A stretch of 18,336 nt of DNA, from contig JAHLVW010000114.1 in NCBI GenBank assembly GCA_019058275.1, forward strand, positions 1-18,336, in the 5' to 3' direction. Shown in pieces: positions 15,696 through 18,336 of the stretch. Origin of the DNA: Candidatus Heimdallarchaeota archaeon (GTDB lineage Archaea; Asgardarchaeota; Heimdallarchaeia; JABLTI01). Positions within the stretch are counted from its first letter, which is position 1; the number at the start of each line of letters is the position of its first letter. Position numbers and translations under genes: made by a program. The notes below the pieces were generated by a model that had not been told where the DNA came from, searched no databases, and worked only from the letters and a program-made list of their open reading frames with translations.

Positions 15696-16966
15696 TATTT
15701 TTTCCACCTTTTGTTTTTGGCATTCCATTCTTTGGAATATTTTCTTAGTTGGTCTAAATTCCATGTCCAAACTTTTGATTTCCTTCGGTCTTTGTTGATA
15801 ATAATTATCATTCTGTCTTCACAACTGAAGCAAGGATCAATTGAAGCTAATGATATTGTAGAATCAGCAATGTAGTCTCCTTTCAACATTTCACTAACTG
15901 AAAGTATGTTAGCTAATGTTGGAGTAGTAATTTTCAATCTGTATGGTTTGTTTGTATTATTTGACCAAAGGTAGTGAATCAGTTCACCACGAGGAGCCTC
16001 TGTTCTTGAGAGAATTTGAGCTTCTGGAATCTTCCTTGGTGGTTTAGCAAAAACAGGTCCATTTGGCATGTTCTCAACTAACCATATAATGTATTTACAA
16101 GCCTCAATAGTTTCAATCAAACGAACAACAACTCTTGAGAATACATCATTGGTATCATAAGTCACAACTTTGAAGATATCTCTTAAAGGCCCCTTATAAG
16201 CACTATAGGGATCATCATATCGAATATCAATAGCTAGTCCAGATGCACGTGCTGTAGGACCACAAGCGCAAAGTTCTTTGGCTTTGCTTGGTAAAAGGAT
16301 TCCAACTCCTTGTGTTCGTAAACGAACTGTATCTTCTTTAATACAGATATCAACATACCTTTCTAATCTCTCAATGGTTAGATTCATATACTTGACAGTT
16401 CTGTCCAATTGTTCTTGGGTCATGTTTCTTCGTATACCACCGATTTCATTGATACCATAGTTGACTCTGTTGCCAGTAATTTCTTCTAAAAGATCCATAG
16501 ATAATTCACGATCACGCCATGAAAGCATAAATAATGTATCAAAACCAATTTCATGGGCAGCTATGCCTAACCAAAGTATGTGGCTATGAATTCGTTCTAA
16601 TTCAAGTATAATTGTTCGTATGTATTGTGCTCTCTCTGGTACTTCAAAGTCATGTGAGCTAAGTATTCCTTCTACAGCATTTACCAATGAAATAGAATGT
16701 ACATGACTACAAATACCACAGACACGCTCAACCAAAGTGAGATTCTGGGAATAGGTTTTTGTTTCAGCTAATTTCTCAATTCCACGGTGAACATAACCAA
16801 TTCTTGGAGTAACATTAACAATGACTTCTCCTTCAACTTCTAATAAGAAATGTTCTGGTTCTTTCAACGCGGGATGTTGAGGACCAAGAGGAATTTCCAT
16901 AGTATTGGGTATGCAAGCAGCACATCCTGTTTTTGGGCTTGCGACTTTAATTTTCTTTTTCGCCAA
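15695..16966 (-). CDS. Group 4 [NiFe]-hydrogenase large subunit (NuoD homologue with intact Ni ligands)
   Basis: GPQHPALKEP, GYVHRGIEK, L1 ERVCGICSHVH (C83, C86), ELERIHSH, EAPRGE, L2 DPCFSCEDR (C379, C382) and a 38-aa tail. TTG start with GAGGTGA overlapping the nuoC stop. Confidence 0.95.
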   Translation of the reverse strand: MAKKKIKVASPKTGCAACIPNTMEIPLGPQHPALKEPEHFLLEVEGEVIVNVTPRIGYVHRGIEKLAETKTYSQNLTLVERVCGICSHVHSISLVNAVEGILSSHDFEVPERAQYIRTIILELERIHSHILWLGIAAHEIGFDTLFMLSWRDRELSMDLLEEITGNRVNYGINEIGGIRRNMTQEQLDRTVKYMNLTIERLERYVDICIKEDTVRLRTQGVGILLPSKAKELCACGPTARASGLAIDIRYDDPYSAYKGPLRDIFKVVTYDTNDVFSRVVVRLIETIEACKYIIWLVENMPNGPVFAKPPRKIPEAQILSRTEAPRGELIHYLWSNNTNKPYRLKITTPTLANILSVSEMLKGDYIADSTISLASIDPCFSCEDRMIIIINKDRRKSKVWTWNLDQLRKYSKEWNAKNKRWKK

Positions 16967-16975
16967 TCTATCACC

Positions 16976-17491
16976 TCATTTTTTAGCCTTTTTTGCAGCT
17001 TCTTCCTTTTGTATTTCCAACAGGAAGTCTTTACGCAATGGGTGTACCCCATCTGGAAAATCTTCTGGTAAGATAAGTCGACTAAGGTCTGGATGTCCTT
17101 CAAAAAAGATACCCAGTAAATCATGTGTTTCACGTTCGAAAAATTGCACCCCTGGAATTACCTCTGAAGATGAGGTTAGTTTAGGGTTATTATAATCAGT
17201 ACAATCCACATGTAAATTCATGGTTACTGCAGTTTCCCCGTTATGAGGTGGTATAATATCAAAATGATATACACAAGCTATTACTTTTTCTGGTGTATCA
17301 ACACCTGAAATAGCGATCATATGCCAAGCATTCCATTTTTCCTTTGCAAAAACAAATACCTCTAATTGGTCGGGGTCAGCAACTTTGACATAAATTCTCC
17401 TTAGGGCTCGTATTTCTGCCTCGAGAATCTTATCTCCAAATTGACTTTTCAATGCGTCAATTACCTTTTGTTCTCTTTTCGTATCACTCAT
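16976..17491 (-). CDS. nuoC: Subunit C (NuoC/MbhK-like)
   Basis: ISGVD, YHF, and [43 protein letters not shown] overlap with the upstream gene, AGGAGG upstream. Confidence 0.94.
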   Translation of the reverse strand: MSDTKREQKVIDALKSQFGDKILEAEIRALRRIYVKVADPDQLEVFVFAKEKWNAWHMIAISGVDTPEKVIACVYHFDIIPPHNGETAVTMNLHVDCTDYNNPKLTSSSEVIPGVQFFERETHDLLGIFFEGHPDLSRLILPEDFPDGVHPLRKDFLLEIQKEEAAKKAKK

Positions 17492-17994
17492 TATATAGCA
17501 AAAGCCTCCTTATCTTTTATATGACTCTTTAAGTCAATCTCCTTCGGAGTTATAACAGGGGTTTCTTTACCTTGTAATTTTGCTAACAATTGAGCAATGC
17601 CAAAAATAATCGCCTCTGGTTTAGGAGGACATCCAGGAATATAGATATCTACGGGGATAACTGTATCAATTCCCAAACAAGGAATGTAGCTGTGTCTAAA
17701 AATACCACCACTACAAGCGCAAGCGCCAATAGCAATAACAAATTTAGGATCTGGTGTCTGTTCCCATAATAGCTTAAGACGATTTTTCATTTGTTGGGTT
17801 GCGGGTCCTGTCACTACTAAGACATCTGCATGTCTAGGGCTACCTTGAATAAGTATTCCAAGGCGTTCCACATCGTATCTAGGAGTTAGAACATCGACTA
17901 CTTCGATATCACATCCGTTACAACCTCCTGTATTGACATGAATTATCCAGGGTGACTTCACTCGCGCCCAATTGACTATCTTCTTCAGAACCAT
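17491..17994 (-). CDS. Group 4 hydrogenase small subunit (NuoB homologue, one [4Fe-4S])
   Basis: [50 protein letters not shown] 17994 preferred over GTG 18006 because AAGGTGA lies 8 nt upstream. Confidence 0.94.
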   Translation of the reverse strand: MVLKKIVNWARVKSPWIIHVNTGGCNGCDIEVVDVLTPRYDVERLGILIQGSPRHADVLVVTGPATQQMKNRLKLLWEQTPDPKFVIAIGACACSGGIFRHSYIPCLGIDTVIPVDIYIPGCPPKPEAIIFGIAQLLAKLQGKETPVITPKEIDLKSHIKDKEAFAI

Positions 17995-18002
17995 AGTAAT
18001 TT

Positions 18003-18336
18003 TCACCTTCTGAGTGATATCACTCCTAAAAGTCCAATACCAGCGAATATTGCTGCTACTGCACTAAATTCATACCCTTGCTTAAGGGTCACCATAGCGG
18101 TTGCTAGGACGAATGCTAATATATCAAAAATAGTGAAATAGATAGCAAAGATGAATACATTGGGATAGAATTGTGATTGACCACCTTCCATGTCTTCTCC
18201 GCATGCATAGCTTTTCAGCTTTTCTGGTGGAGGGGTTCGCGGGGCCAACCGGCGACCTAAAATGTATAATAGGAGTACGGCAACCAGGATTACGACTAAA
18301 GCAAGCCAAAGGTTATACGGTTCAGGTGCTCGGGCC
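18003..18336 (-). CDS. nuoA: Membrane subunit A (NuoA-like), 5' end outside window
   Basis: Frame stays open to the window edge: ARAPEPYNLWLALVVILVAVLLLYILGRRLAPRTPPPEKLKSYACGED...FAIYFTIFDIL...TM3. This gives 3 TM helices, a KxxxYxCG loop and the FxIFD motif. Confidence 0.88.
   Translation of the reverse strand, partial: ARAPEPYNLWLALVVILVAVLLLYILGRRLAPRTPPPEKLKSYACGEDMEGGQSQFYPNVFIFAIYFTIFDILAFVLATAMVTLKQGYEFSAVAAIFAGIGLLGVISLRR

Noticed and set aside
15696-15770. 25-aa N-terminal extension of nuoH in the ORF track
   Set aside because: It overlaps the large-subunit tail. ATG 15695 has an RBS and a TAATG coupling, and homology begins after it.
574-17195. Many short antisense or alternate-frame ORFs (e.g. 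574-765, 4571-4867, 8395-8784, 10547-10915, 13343-13648, 16864-17133, 16905-17195)
   Set aside because: They lie almost wholly within well-supported genes, carry no recognisable motifs, and are the expected shadows of hydrophobic, codon-biased genes.
18003-18248. 81-aa ORF as a complete gene
   Set aside because: The frame continues without a stop to the window edge and includes TM1 of NuoA, so the TTG is internal.
7821-18336. Annotation as NADH:quinone oxidoreductase, Fpo, or Mbx/Mbs sulfane reductase
   Set aside because: All four Ni-ligating Cys and a maturation tail are present and the quinone-site motifs are absent. NuoD/FpoD lack these Cys and Mbs keeps only a subset.

Overview
An AT-rich archaeal window, most likely Asgard/Heimdallarchaeia-like. 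This is inferred from GGTGA/GGAGG ribosome-binding sites, an IPGY-TM-RRKK C-terminal sorting tail, a standalone 7TM protein and an AN1 zinc finger. The right 10.5 kb (7821->18336, minus strand) is a translationally coupled 12-gene operon in complex I order (A-B-C-D-H-I-J1-J2-K-L-M-N). Its D subunit keeps both [NiFe]-binding CxxC motifs and a cleavable C-terminal tail, and its B subunit has a hydrogenase-type CxxC. It is therefore a group 4 [NiFe]-hydrogenase on a complete complex I-type membrane arm. The arm is a mosaic of Nuo and Mrp/Mbh features and has unusual substitutions on the ion-translocation axis. The left 7.8 kb is a cell-envelope region: a truncated AN1 zinc-finger gene missed by the ORF track, a GT-C glycosyltransferase, a two-domain acidic surface glycoprotein, an orphan 7TM receptor-like protein, a bactofilin-like beta-helix protein, an NDP-sugar epimerase and a UPF0104 flippase-like protein. 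No RNA genes, CRISPR arrays or mobile elements were seen.
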